NCBI GenBank assembly: GCA_013239625.1
Contig: MU054001.1
Span: forward strand, 2,796,151-2,860,150
Direction of reading: 5' to 3'
Source: Lama guanicoe
Lineage: Eukaryota
DNA length: 64,000 nucleotides
Positions within the stretch are counted from its first letter, which is position 1, and each line of letters begins with the position of its first letter. Under the pieces are notes generated by a model. The model was not told the origin of the DNA. It did no database searches and worked only from the letters and a program-made list of their open reading frames with translations. Below, piece after piece: positions 1 through 12,678 of this stretch. The position numbers and the translations under genes were made by a program.

Positions 1-315
1 CTTAGTGTTCTATTAGTCAAACAAAACAGAAATCTAATTAAAAAATATCTTAAACCCCTTGTATGCCCCTTGATGATGGGTAACCTGTGCAGGCATGAAC
101 TTCCTGTCAATGGAGATATTTGAGCTGTGGCTGAATGACCATCTATTGGGGTAGTTTCAAGGACAGAAAAGGGCATAAAATGGTCTTGTTTCCTACTGAT
201 GGTCCTTTTCAACTTGGATGCTGGAATCAGATTGCATAAACTGGAGACTTACTATATTTCTCTATAGTACCTGTTGAGAATAATGCTCAAATTTCAAGGA
301 GTTTATATTATAGAG

Positions 316-537
316 CAGGGGTCAGCAAACTATGGCCATGGACCAAATCTGGCCTATCACCTCATTTTGCAAATAAAGTTTTATTAGAATACAGTCATTC
401 CCATTTGTTTATTTGTTTCTATGGCTACGTTTGTACTACAACAGCATTGTTGATTAGTTGTGACAGAGACCATTTGGCCTACAGGCTCTAAAATATTTAC
501 TATTTTATTCTTTACAGAAAAAATGTGCCAGTCTTCA
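316..537 (+). mobile_element. MER58A-like hAT-Charlie MITE
   Basis: Begins CAGGGGTCAGCAAACTATGGCC and contains AATAAAGTTTTATTAGAA and TAGTTGTGACAGAGACC, matching the recalled MER58A consensus. Confidence 0.85.
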
Positions 538-659
538 TAAGCAGTAGACTGCAAAGTTCGTTCATGCTTCCCAGAGAGTGGATCCTTACCTATTGGGATA
601 TAAGGTACGTTAGAACTTTGGTATATATTTTTTATCTTATTTTGAACTTTTGATCATTT

Positions 660-762
660 CTAAGTCTTAGGTTCCTCATCTCTAGAATGAGGATGTTAAG
701 AAAACCCACTTCTTTGGATTGTGAGGATTAATGTGATGATGAGTGTGAAATAGTTCACACAG
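660..762 (+). mobile_element. MIR fragment
   Basis: MIR core-like GGTTCCTCATCTCTAGAATGAGGAT...TTGTGAGGATTAA. Confidence 0.7.
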
Positions 763-1330
763 CTTAAACCTAAACTCCTAACCACTACCGTGTATCACAC
801 TGGGAAAAAATAGAGGAGAGTGAACTAGATGAGGGCTGGGAAGTACAGGATGGTTTGTTGTAAGAGGTATGACTGGAGTTGTATTTTTGAAATGAGAATG
901 AAGACTGGTATAGTCATGGGGACAGCGTTATCTCCCTCAGTTGCAGGAAGGCTGGCTAAGCTAACCTCTCATCTTCCTAGCAAGAGTCCTACTCCCTTCC
1001 CCCGACACCTCTGCCATGTTTTCAAAGTCCAGAGAGAATTTTTGCCTCTATTCGCTTGATCCAGAGAAGTAAGTGCCTCTGTAATTTCAATCGGTACCTT
1101 CTATCACTAAGATAAACTAGTAATGATTTGCCAATAAGATGCAATTACAGTGCCTGCTGAGGTCAATATTCAATCAGTGGTTCCATTTTGTGTGCTGCTT
1201 TGATCCGTTGGTCAAAAATTTCCTTTCTTTAGATGCTTTGTAAACTGTGATTGATCGAGAGGTTCAGCAGTTTAAGATTGGGATGTGATTTCATTTTAAA
1301 TCCAGTTTTTGAGAAAGCACTTCAAACTGG

Positions 1331-1371
1331 TCAGATGTGACAGTCTCCTTTGGCAAGCCCTAGCCCACCCT
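1331..1371 (+). repeat. Dispersed direct repeat, copy 1 (41 bp)
   Basis: TCAGATGTGACAGTCTCCTTTGGCAAGCCCTAGCCCACCCT; matches 2830-2872 with 2 mismatches and a 2-bp indel. Confidence 0.9.
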
Positions 1372-2169
1372 GAAACCACATGTGGCACTTCTTTGCATTA
1401 CTCCTGACCATCTCCTTCCCTCTTCCAAATAACAGGTAGACTCTGAATGATCATAAATAGATTATTCTGAAGGTTTTGTAGGGAGATCAGGAAGTCACCT
1501 TGGTCACTCTGTAGCAAAAACTTAATGCATATTTTCCATTAAATATTTTCTCAGTTCTTTCCTAATGTCTCCCCATCTGCTTGATTCCCTTTATATCTCC
1601 TTTTTCTTTCCCCACATAGCCTCTTAGGCTTTCCTCTATTAACTAGAACAACTTAGGTCTTCCCCTCACTTTGGAAATAATGGAACCCCTGGAGATAACC
1701 AACAAGGCCACTGATTGGTCCTCAAACATGCCCCATGAGAGTACCAGCCCCCATCACCACACTAGAAGATTTTTGGCTGATTCATAGGAATAAAGCAGGA
1801 CTTGGCTGAGAATAAATCAAAATGAAATTGAGAAATTTCGTCCCAGAGGCCCAAGATGGTGATATTTGATTGGATCTTGGTGTTCACCTTGGTCATAATC
1901 AAAGTAGACCAGCTAAAGGTTGAGGGGCTCCTCTCTCCCTTTCTCACTCTCTCTAACTGAACTTATCTGCAAGTCTGATTTAAGCTTAGTTCAAAGGCAG
2001 AATTTTCATCTTGGTTTTGATAAGAATTCACATTTACTCAAGACATAATCAGGGGCTTCAAGTAACTGGTGGCAGCTCTTCTGTGAAGCCAAGATTTTAT
2101 TATTTTATGTTTAAAATGTAAATCCTTAATCCTTCTGGATTTCTTTTCTCCAATATGACAACATCTCTT

Positions 2170-2700
2170 AGATTTAAAATATGTATAGCTTTTGTCCCAG
2201 AAATCCCTGTTAACCTATCCTAAACTATGAAATAACAGCCCTGGGACTTTTATGAACAAGGACACTTGTCACAACATTATACGTCAAGGCAAAAACAAAA
2301 CAAAACAAAACAAAAATACATGGCTGTCCATCAATCAGGGAAATATGGAATAAATTCTGGTATAATCCTTTTGTGAAATATTAAATGTTTCCCAAAATAG
2401 GTAAGTTAAATATCTATTGATCCAGAGGACTGTTAGTAATGTATTGTTATGTGAGAAAGGCACCAAACAACAGTAACAATCTCAAATCCCTTATATCGAC
2501 GTTTAGTTTTTAAAATGTACAAAGGTATGAAGGGAAAAACACCAGGCTGGGATATTTTACTTTTGTGAGAGAGAAAGACAGATAATTAATATTTCCTTTA
2601 CATGGATTTATTTTTCCCCCCCACTGGTTTCAATGGTTGTGGTGAACACATGTCAATTTTGTAATTTGAGAAAAGATTACATCTGACAGGAAAATTTCCT
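2170..2700 (+). mobile_element. Old L1 (L1ME-like) 3' fragment
   Basis: Degenerate TTTTGTCCCAGAAATCCC...TGTCCATCAATCAGGGAAATATGGAATAAATTCTGGTATA, typical of an L1M 3' end; contains (CAAAA)n. Confidence 0.6.
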
Positions 2701-2829
2701 AAAAAATAAAACAAGTCAACAAACAAAAAATATTATTGGGAAAATTGGTTGCAAATTTTTTTCTGGAGCTGCACATATGTGTATAGAGAACAGTCTTATG
2801 TTGTATTCTGCCCTCAGTCAACCTTTTGA

Positions 2830-2872
2830 TCAGATGTGACAGAGTCTCCCTTGGCAAGTCCTAGCCCACCCT
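2830..2872 (+). repeat. Dispersed direct repeat, copy 2 (43 bp)
   Basis: TCAGATGTGACAGAGTCTCCCTTGGCAAGTCCTAGCCCACCCT, running into a short tandem AGCCCAC(G)CCTCACCCAAA. Confidence 0.9.
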
Positions 2873-5698
2873 CACCCAAAAGCCCACGCCTCACCCAAAC
2901 AATTCAGGCAGAGGAGGGGGCCATGAGTCTGAACTGGTGACCTGACCTGGAAGGATTGTCGAGCTAACAGTCTTGGATTCTGATGATGTCACCTTTATCC
3001 CTCCCTCGATGGAATCCTACTGGCACTCACTTCCTTGATGACTCAGCTGCCACTTAGCCCACTAAGTGTTATGATTCCAACCAAACAATATCACAACAAA
3101 TTTTTAACCTGTCCCTTTTCTGTTGCCTTCCGAATTTGAGTCATCACTCTGCTTTTTAGAGATAAAAAAATGATTAGACTTGGCAGGTCCCAAGACCCAG
3201 GTTTGAATCAAGTTTCTTGGCACCATGTATGTAACCGTGGGTTAATACCTTACTGGCCTTAGGTTTCTCCACGACACAATGTGACCTCTTCAGCAGCCCT
3301 CACCAGGCATAGTAAGAACCTAAAACATGGATAATGGTCATGATGTAGTTTGTAGTCTTTACAAATTTAAAACACAATAAACTATCTCATTTCTCCATGA
3401 TTACCTTCCTTTTGAAAAAAAAAATAAAAGTTATTTTCTTCCTGTGTGAGGGTCTTGGAGAAAGTAATGTTTGGCTTCTGGGCTTTCTGCCTCTGGTCCT
3501 TCCATAGTAGGTGGTTAAATTCAGTACAACTAGTGTCAGGGAAGAGTCTATGTAAATACAGAACAGAATTTCAGGTGAAATTCCTCCTTTGGCCTTTTGG
3601 GTGAGGCATGTCTCCCTTGATTGGCAATCAACAAGACTTTGATAAAAACAAAGATACTGACTCCTTAGCTCCTGGATTTATTTATTTTTGTTGTTATCCA
3701 GTGATAATCCCTTTTTGAAATATTTTTAGCTTAACCCTGGATTCTCAATCTGTTGTTTTCTCTTGTCCTATTTTAGTTTAAGTATTCTGATTTATGCATT
3801 TATTTCTTCTTTAAAGATAGAACAGAGGAATCACCTTAATAAAAGGAATATTCTACACATAAAGTTGGGTATTTGTAAAAGCAGATGCCCATTATACAAA
3901 CATATTAACAGCCAGCATTATTCTATTATCTGTAGGTAACTAACGACTTACGTATTTATTCTCTCACCTAACCCTCAATGCAGAGGCTTAAGGGAGTATC
4001 CATCTGACTTGCTCACATTGCTAGTGAGTGACAGAGTCAGGACCTAACTCATTATTGTTAAATGAGCAACATAAATGATCTTAACACAGGGTTAAAGGAG
4101 TAAATCACCTTGACTGAATTAATGATCATATCAAATAGAAGGAACAGCTAGCTTGAACAATTTCTGTTTCATGTAACCCAGAGACTTCTTTTTTCTGGGA
4201 CTTCTCTGATTAGCTAACAGATATTACAACTCTTAGTCAAACTCAAGTCAATCGTCAAACTCTATTGAAGGCCATTTCTGGGGAAAAGGTTCTAAAGAAT
4301 ATGCCTCAAGAGAAGCTGCTCCAGCCCGTGTCAGACTCCTGCACCAGCACTGCTAGACTCTCTCCCTCCACCCCCAACTCTAGAGACTCATGCTTGGCTC
4401 TTGTAAGAGGCGGCATTTAAATACTGCTTGTTGTTCTCCTTTGGGTGCACAAGCTATTAATTAATTTTTTGTTGTAAAGAAACGGGAATTGCCAAGTGTC
4501 CTTGTGCTTGTGATCTGGTATTCTTTTGTCAGAAAGTGCTGAAGCCCATTGTTCTAAACCCTTTTGTGTTCACATTGTACTTTTCATGACAAAGCACATT
4601 TATTGTATTGCACTCAGGTTTTGGATTCTGTTTGTGGGCTTTTCAGCGGTTGCCATTTTGAAGAGGAGCAGAGCAGAATGGCTCTGCCAATGGTGTGCTT
4701 GAATGAGGCCGCTAAAGGTGACTACATCTGTCTCTTCTTAGACTTATGTGTTTCAGGTGGATTTTCCAGTGCTGATGCCAATCAAGGATGGAGGGGAGAC
4801 TGTTCCCTGCTTGTGTTTTAATTTTCTCCCTATGGAAAAAAAGAGCTGGAGGTGGATCACTGGGTGTTTACCTAGCACAGGGATGTAGTCTGCTTTCATC
4901 TATCTTCTATTCAGTCTCCTTTAGAAAGACATCATAGTTGAGCCCCACTTTTCTAACTGCAAGTATCCCCAGTGACAGTTTGCAAGTGGCTTTAACAGTG
5001 TGTCAGGAAACTAATCAATGCACCTTTTCACAAAGGAATCTACTCGATCAATATCACCAAGCAAACTAAGACCTAACAACAGATCACGTAAGCATTTTCG
5101 TGATCAATGGAAGTTACACAGAAAATAAATTACTGGAGATATTTCAATGAACATAACATAAATGCATCTTATAGATAACTCTTTCTCTGGGACCTACAGT
5201 AATATACTAAAAGTGATAGGAGAGAGAGTGTGTATGTTGTTAGACCCTTAAAGGTATGGTCTTGACATGGGACATTAGCTTAGGAGATGTAGCTCTTGAG
5301 TTTGAAGGAAAAAATGGTTTAACTATTTGACATCCTAATTTTTTCCCACCAAGTATGTTGTAAATTTTTGAATGGATAAGATTATTCTGGCGTCTCAGTA
5401 CCATGGGCATAGCCATATAACAGGCATGTCAGTAAACTCTTGCTGAGTTGGTCATTATTCCCTCTACCTCTCCAGAACTAGTGTTAATACCAAGAGGTCA
5501 TCTCTGCCATTTCTACCTTCTGACTGTTCCCCTAGACTCCTTGGGGAAATTCTAGTTCTAAATGTTGTAAAATTTCCTGACAAATAATCGTGAGGTGTGA
5601 ACAATAGGAGATGCTGAAATACCTGGACATAAAAACAGTCATACTACAGTAATACATTGAGACATTACCCAACTTCTCTCTTTCTGGTGTTTTAAGTC

Positions 5699-6224
5699 TG
5701 TATCACTTATCTATTGCCTCATAACGAATGGTTCCACAATTTAGTGGCTTAAAATAACTACTGTTTTATTTACTTATGATTTTGTGGGTCAGCAATTAGG
5801 GCTGGGCTCAGTGGTGGGCTTTTTCTGTTGGTCTTGCCTGAGGTCACTCATGTGTTATTTGAGGGGTCAGCTGGGCTGAATGATCCAAAACAGCCTCATA
5901 CCATGTCAGGCAGTTGGTGCTGGCCATCAGCTGAGCCCTCACTTTAGAAAGGCTAGCCTGGACATCTTTGCATCATGGTACCACATTCCAAGAGGGTAAA
6001 AGAAAGCTGCAAGGACTTTTGAGGCCTAGCCTTGGGAGTCACACAATATCACTTCCTTTATATTCTGTTGGTCAAAGGTAAGACTCAGGGTCAGCCCAGT
6101 TCAAAAGGAAGGGAAATAGACTCCACTCCCTTATGGGAGGAGCAGGAATGTCACATTGCAAGGGGTCAGAGTAAAAGGATGGAAAGGATTACTGAAGCTA
6201 TCTTCACAAAAAACATCTACCACA
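5699..6224 (-). mobile_element. MLT1 (MaLR) solo LTR, MLT1G/H-like
   Basis: TG...CA termini; TTAGTGGCTTAAAATAAC, GGGTCAGCAATTAGGGCTGGGCTCAG and ATTCTGTTGGTCAAAG motifs. Confidence 0.8.
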
Positions 6225-6363
6225 ATTTCCTTCTATCCCCTCCCTACCACCATCCCGACACACATCACCTCATTCACAAGGTTTTCTCTGCTTCAAAAGG
6301 CTGCAGCAGAGAAGGAATGAAAAAGTGGAAAGCAAAGAAAGAAAAAGAGTCTTTCTAAGGTTT

Positions 6364-6419
6364 TTATGTTCTAAAGGACTAAGCCTAAGAGTTATGTTCT
6401 AAAGGACTAACCCTAAGAG
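6364..6419 (+). repeat. 28-bp tandem duplication
   Basis: TTATGTTCTAAAGGACTAAGCCTAAGAG then TTATGTTCTAAAGGACTAACCCTAAGAG (1 mismatch). Confidence 0.95.
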
Positions 6420-7244
6420 TTAGGGGGAGGCAAGGCACAGACAGCATGTTTGGAAGAAACATTTTGAGTCAGTTTCTTTGGTGACTAGATAGAATTTCTT
6501 TGGGCTGGGCTTGGGGGTCAGGGTCAGGAAAGATGCAGAGGGGAGGATTCAGGTAACTTTGGGGGGGGACCTGAAACAGGCTTGCTTAGATGGTATTGAA
6601 CCAATATTATGGGAGAAACAAAATAAATCCCACAGTGTCAAGCATGTCTTGAGAGCCACCCAACCTGATGGGGCCATGGGTCAAAGGGAAAATAGAGACC
6701 CATGTGTAACAACGGCCACAGATTAGAAGGGAGATGATGTCTCAGAGGGTATCAGCTCCAGTAGAAAACTCTGAGGATTAGATGCATGCCTTCCCTCTCC
6801 CCCTTCCATGCCATCAGTATTGTGAACCTACTTACTTACACCCAACTCCCTTACCTGGGGCAAGAGGAAGAGCCAAGTTGTTTGAGATTACATCCCTATC
6901 ACCTTAGTGGGACAGGGGCTTGATATTTGCATATCTTGGTTAATTCCATGATCAGACCTCTTGAAGCTGTACTATTGACAGGGCTTATCAAACATGATGC
7001 CAGTAGAATTCTGGGTAAACAGCACCAGGGAGAGCTCCTTTCTGGGGGGACCTCTTGGTCTTACAAGAACTGGGAATGTATGGTGTGTTTATTCTATCCC
7101 ATTTAATTGAAGATGGATGAGATTTTCCCCAAAACCCAAACACAAATTTGCCCCACGCATGATGATAAGGCAGATAATATTTATCTTGTGGTATCTGATC
7201 TATCATTTTAGGTTCAAAATATTTTCTCCATGCTCACGTTCTTA

Positions 7245-7345
7245 TGTTGAATTTTTTTTTGAGCACCTATTAAGTGCCAGATGCTGTAGAAGCCACAAAA
7301 GAAAACAAAAAGATACTTGGTCTCTGCCTTTTTGGAGCTCAGAAG
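7245..7345 (-). mobile_element. L2 3' fragment
   Basis: TGAGCACCTATTAAGTGCCAGATGCTGT...GGTCTCTGCCTTTTTGGAGCTCA. Confidence 0.65.
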
Positions 7346-8844
7346 GTCCAAGAAGGTCCTTAGTGGAACCTTTATAGGTTCCATGATACAAAACAACTAT
7401 AGAGTCCTAAATAGATTGGAACAACTCCTGGCAGGGATGCACCCGGGGTTTTTGAAGGTAGTTATTAGAACCAACTTGACATTATCCTTCCCTGAGATAA
7501 ACTAGATGAAACTGGCTTACCTATCAATAACCAAAAATAGTTCCTATCTGTTGCAAAAAAAGAAAGTGATTACCACAACTTACCATGGGTCAAGAACTGT
7601 GCTATAGGATTTACCTGTATTATATCCCTTAATCTCCTCAGCACATCTGACTGGCCAGTGTCTCCCAATTCTGTGCCCCATCTACATGGGTCCACTTGGA
7701 AATTACTCAAAGTAGTGAACATTGTCTCCCTTTCATCTTAAATAAACAACATTTGACAGTTCTGTTAGCTTTCATTTAAAACCTTATCTCCTAGGAGTGA
7801 GAAGAGCTGATCTGATAAACTAAGGCAATGTGACAATGGGTATTTATGATCCAACAATTAGGTTTCCATTCTTTGTAAGAAATTAAGCCATGAATACGAT
7901 TAATAACCCAAGAACAGAAGCAGGAATACCATAGAGGCTTGGGAATTCAGTATTGATTCATCACTATGTTTTTACCACTTATGTTTAGCCTCACTCCAAG
8001 CATAATGAAAACTTATTTATAAGTTTCCTTCCTTTTATAACTTTCAGAGAACCTGGCAGTCAGCTTAAGAGAAAGAATGCACTGACATTTGTGAATGACC
8101 ACACAGCCCTCTCTCATTGATCATTTCTCCTCTGACTATCCTTTGAGAGAAATACATATATAATTCTAGGGGCAAAAAATCTTTTCTCTGGCAGTGAACA
8201 ATCTGTAGTTATATCCTGGATAAGCCCAGTCAGACTCAAAGATTGGTTAAATGTCAGATAAGAGCTTGGAGGGCAATTTGGAATTTCTCGGGGGTGTAAA
8301 ATAACCCTTAGATTTCACCCAAAACAAAACAGTGAAAAAAATAAATAAAATAAACCCTTTAATCTGTTTACTTGTCATCAGAAAAGCACTCTTTGAAAGT
8401 TGACAATATTTTGATTTTTCAAATAGTAAATCAAAAAGAGAAGTCCTCAAAAGTGCTGGTTTAAAGATTTTCCTGCCATTAACCTGGGGGTAGGCACCCG
8501 GAGGGAAAGCTTTTTGCTCCTGAAGTTCTTTTGGCTTTTATTTCTGTTGGCATTGAATAGAGAAAAGCAGTCAAGGGATAACCCTGAGCTTGGCAATGAG
8601 AAACAATGCTCTTATGAGGTTTTAGTTTCTCCTGAATTATTCTTAAATACTTTACAAGGTCTCAACAACATTTGAATATTTCTAGGACATTAAGTACCTT
8701 GAAAAATTGATAGGCAAAAAAATTGATAGGCTAGGCTCCTACCTACCTGTCATTTGAAGGAATCTGTTCCAAAAGCAGTCAAGCCTGGGTCTGCTGATTG
8801 GATGGATGGCCAGAATCAAGGCTATTGCTGAGTGCCGCCTGGCA

Positions 8845-9060
8845 CAAGGCTCTGGAGTGACATGTGTGGGGGTTCTAATCCCAGCTCCACCTCTTTCCAG
8901 CTGCTTGACCTAGGGCACATTCCCTACCCTGTCTGATCCAGTTTTCTTGTCTAAATGAAAACAATAATGGTGCTTACCTAACAGGTTTGTTGTGGGGATA
9001 AAAATGACTTCTATGCCACTTAGCACTGTATCATACACACAGTAAGTGCCTAATAAGTAA
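8845..9060 (+). mobile_element. MIR
   Basis: GGCTCTGGAGT...GGTTCTAATCCCAGCTCCACC...CACACAGTAAGTGCCTAATAA. Confidence 0.85.
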
Positions 9061-9169
9061 TATATATTTCAATGATACTCTGTGAGCTGCCAGGTTCCAT
9101 TAAGTGGAGGCTATGTTTATACAATTAGGGATTCTTTATCCCTGTGGGGGAGGGGTTATGTGGGTAGAA

Positions 9170-9430
9170 GCTTGGCAAGGGAGGGGAGTGAGCTTGGATG
9201 GGAAAAAATAACACCTCTGCCAACTTCTACCTGAAATCTTCAATCATAAATGTACATAACAAACCACAGTAGTATTAATGGCATCTGTAATTTTTTCACC
9301 AACAGAAATCCCTGGTATTTTCGTATTATATTACTGTTGTCACAGGGATCTTGAAATAAATGTTTATGCACAATAGTGCTCCAAAATTATAGTAGTTATT
9401 AGATCTGCCAGTAGATCTTGTTTGTTAATG
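9170..9430. mobile_element. MER113-like hAT-Charlie fragment
   Basis: CCACAGTAGTATTAA...TCACCAACAGAAATC...AAAATTATAGTAGTTATTAGATCTGCCAGTAGATCTTG matches recalled MER113. Confidence 0.6.
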
Positions 9431-9839
9431 TCCTCGGTCCACATCACTCTGGTGAAGGATGGAAAGGAAATGCAATCTTCCTCTTGCGCGCCCTGCCTGC
9501 ATGAGGCAAGAAAATCTGGGAAGAGCCGAGTCAGGACTGGCCACCCTATCTCTCTTTTTGTTTCCTTTCTCCATCTGTGACTACAGGCCACCTCGGTTTC
9601 AAGGGGAAAACACGAAGCAAGAGCTCTCATTTAGTTTTCTGTCTTGAGCAACATTGCCCAATCTAGCTTTGAACTCTCATGGAAGTGTTGAAGCAGAGCC
9701 TGTAATCCCAGCTAGGTGCTGTTCTTTATGTTTAGAGTGCTTTGATCTCCTTAGGGAAAGAGGAGTGGCTAGTCTTATCCAGGTCTCAAACTTCTACAAC
9801 AAACCCCTACCAATATCCCTGTTTAATAATCCCTCTAGT

Positions 9840-10060
9840 AAGATATTAACATGTAATGAGCATTTACTATGTCCCAAGGGCTGCACTGAGTTTTTCACAT
9901 ATGTTGTCCCATCCAATTCTCATAATCACCTGAGATCTGGTTATCAATACCCCGGATTGTATAGATGAGAAAATTAGGGTGTATATGGCTTCAATAGCTT
10001 GTTCGAGATGATTCAGCCAGTAAGTGGGAAAGTGGGATTCAAACAGAGGCTCCTGTTTCT
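9840..10060 (-). mobile_element. MIR
   Basis: TGAGCATTTACTATGTCCCAAG...AGATGAGAAAATTAGGG...GGGATTCAAACAGAGG. Confidence 0.8.
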
Positions 10061-10927
10061 GGGTTTTGTGCTGTTTCTACTACTTCCCACAAAGCCAAAT
10101 AGAAAAAGCAGATTTTACTTTCCTGTTTGGCTGCTTAATAATAAATCTGATACTTTTATCATAAAATATCATGGGGAAGAAAACTCCCCCACCTCTACAA
10201 AAATGACATGGAAACTATTTTTTCTAGATATTTTTCTTTGGGTGAAGGCAAAGCAGTTTTTTTTTTTGAAGCAAATTCTTAAAAAAAAATTTAGAATTCC
10301 TTGGAAACACTTAGAATTATTTAAAAATACCTGCTCTCTCAGATGGTGTTGAATTTTTTTCCTTGCCTATGAATGAATATTGGCGTAAGTCTTTTGCTGA
10401 AAACTGTTCCTGGACACTATAAACATTTTGTTTGAAACCCTGTTTTTGGCTCCTCTTTCATTAGGACTCATTTTAATAAGTGACCTCATCATTCATCCAG
10501 TTGGACAAGCCAGTGATCTGGGAGCCTCCTCCTCTCTCAAATCCCATAGTCAGTATCACCAACATCTCATTAACTTTTACCTCCTAAATAGATCTCAAAT
10601 ATTACACTACTTCCTGTCTCTGCCACAACCACCATAGTAAGACTGTAATGACCTCTTGCCTGGACTATGCAACAGACTTGTAACTGGTCTATCCATTCCT
10701 ACTCCCCTGTGATTTGGCTTCTTTACTCTCTGTTCTCCGTATAGAGGCAGTTCTGTTTGTTTGTTTGCTTTCCTTTAGTGATTTGCCTTTGCTCTTAGGA
10801 TGACATCAAATCTCTTTAACATGGCCTACAAAACTCTTAACTCTTTGATCCCTAAATACCTCTCTGTCTCTCACCTCACACAATGCTCCCCTTTACTCTC
10901 TCATTGTCAGTCACTCTGACCTTCTTT

Positions 10928-11245
10928 ATTGGTCAGGATATGATAGGTTAAGCTGCAACAACAAACAACCCCCAAATCTCAGCATCTTTAAAGTGTAAAG
11001 GCTAATTTATTGCTCAGTACTGTGTGTTCAGTATGCATCAGCAATGACAGGTGGGGGTGCACTGACTGGGAGCAGAAAGCATGGCAAATTGCATATGGCT
11101 CTTGAGGCTTCCACTCAGGAATGACACACACCTGTATGCTCACAGCCTATTGGCAAGAGCAAAACATGTGACCTACCTTCAAGGAGGCAGGGAAGCACAA
11201 TCCCAACATGTTCTCAGGATGACAACCAGAATCAGCATCAGGGCA
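10928..11245 (-). mobile_element. MLT1 (K/L-like) LTR inside L2
   Basis: GGTCAGGATATGATAGGTTAAGCTGCAACAACAAACAACCCCCAAATCTCAG. Confidence 0.7.
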
Positions 11246-11559
11246 TTCTACTTGCTTCCTTCCTCCAGAGCCTTTGAACATACTTGTGCCTCTGCCTGGA
11301 ACACCTTTTCATCCATTTTTTGGAGTAACTTCTGTTTATCCTTCAATTCGAAGCTCAAACTTTGGGAAACCTTCCCTGACTGGGTCAAATACACTTACTA
11401 TGGCCACTTACAGCCTCATAAATATGTATAAAACTTGCCATAATTTCTGCTTTATCTTTGAGTGAGTGATTAATAACTGTCTCCTACATAAGATTGGAAG
11501 CTGTATGAAGACAGTGACTATGTTGGTTTTTGCTCACCAGGGTTGGGACAACAAGAAAA

Positions 11560-11780
11560 ACAACTTAACACATATCATATGCCAGGTATAGTTCTAAGTG
11601 CTTTGCATGGAAGAACTCTATGAGGTAGGGTTATTGCCACATTTTATAGATATGGTGGTTGAGGCACAGAGAGGTAAAATAAAGTAATTTGTCCAAGTTC
11701 ACGTGGCTAGGAAGTGATGTGAAGACAGGATTCAGACCTAAGCCTTCTGCCACCAAAATCACTCTCTTAACCATTACAAT
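11560..11780 (-). mobile_element. MIR inside L2
   Basis: TATGCCAGGTATAGTTCTAAGTGCTTT...TGAGGCACAGAGAGGTAAA...GGATTCAGACCTAAG. Confidence 0.8.
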
Positions 11781-12678
11781 TTACAGCCTTTCAAGCATCT
11801 TGTTATTCCTTGGAACCAAAAGTAATGCTTGGTATATATTTATTGAATGAATTAATGGAGTAAACCAGTATTACGTGGAGAACACTCAGGAAAAGGCCAG
11901 GTCAGAGTGATTTTTCTGGAATGTCTAAACTGGAAGGTGCCTTAGAGATCACCTAGTTTACTCTTCCTCTCTTCAGACGGATAGACCATAGCTCAGTCAA
12001 GGCTGATGTAGAGTCTGCATTCCGACTCCCTTGGCAGAAATGGCATGTGGGTTCCTGTCTCCCAGAGCCACACCTTCCTTCCTTCATTGAGCATTAAGGT
12101 AGGAAATGGCACCAATGAGGATTTCTTCCGACAGACCAATGGGAACTTTTGTGTACATGAAGGATTTGAGTGCAGGGAGTAGAGGTATTTTTTTTACCTT
12201 CTCTACACGGTTCTGAAATTAAATTTTCTAGGACAAAAAAGAATGCCAAAGGTAATGAAATCTCCACAGTTACACACACAGTTTAAATTAACAGTATGAG
12301 TAAGTGTTCATAGAATAGAAATAGCAGCAAAAGCTGACATTCTGGGAACAAATGACTCAATTAACTGTATGTGCACTGCCACTCAGTTAAAATTTCCTTG
12401 ATGATTTATAATCAGAGACTCATGAGAGTTTAACCTCAACAGGGCCATGGCAAAAGTTGTATCTAGTTACCAGGGTGGCTTGTTCACTGGAGTGGGTTGG
12501 GGATGCTGCCTGAGAGCCTTTGGCTTCCTGCCCCCCTACTGAGCTCTGGATGCCTGTTACCCATCTCCCAGAGGCACGGTATGAGAATCATGCTGACAAC
12601 CACCTCCGTAATTCTCTCTACTGACTCCTTAGAATGCAAACCCAATTTCCTCAGCTCTCTGAGAAGGAAGAAGGTATA

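Larger units (their letters stand above)
10470..11856 (+). mobile_element. L2 3' region interrupted by MLT1 and MIR
   Basis: L2 motifs CTCTTGCCTGGACTATGCAACAG, TTTAACATGGCCTACAA, GCCTTTGAACATACTTGTGCCTCTGCCTGGAAC; terminal TATTTATTGAATGAATTAATG. Confidence 0.75.
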
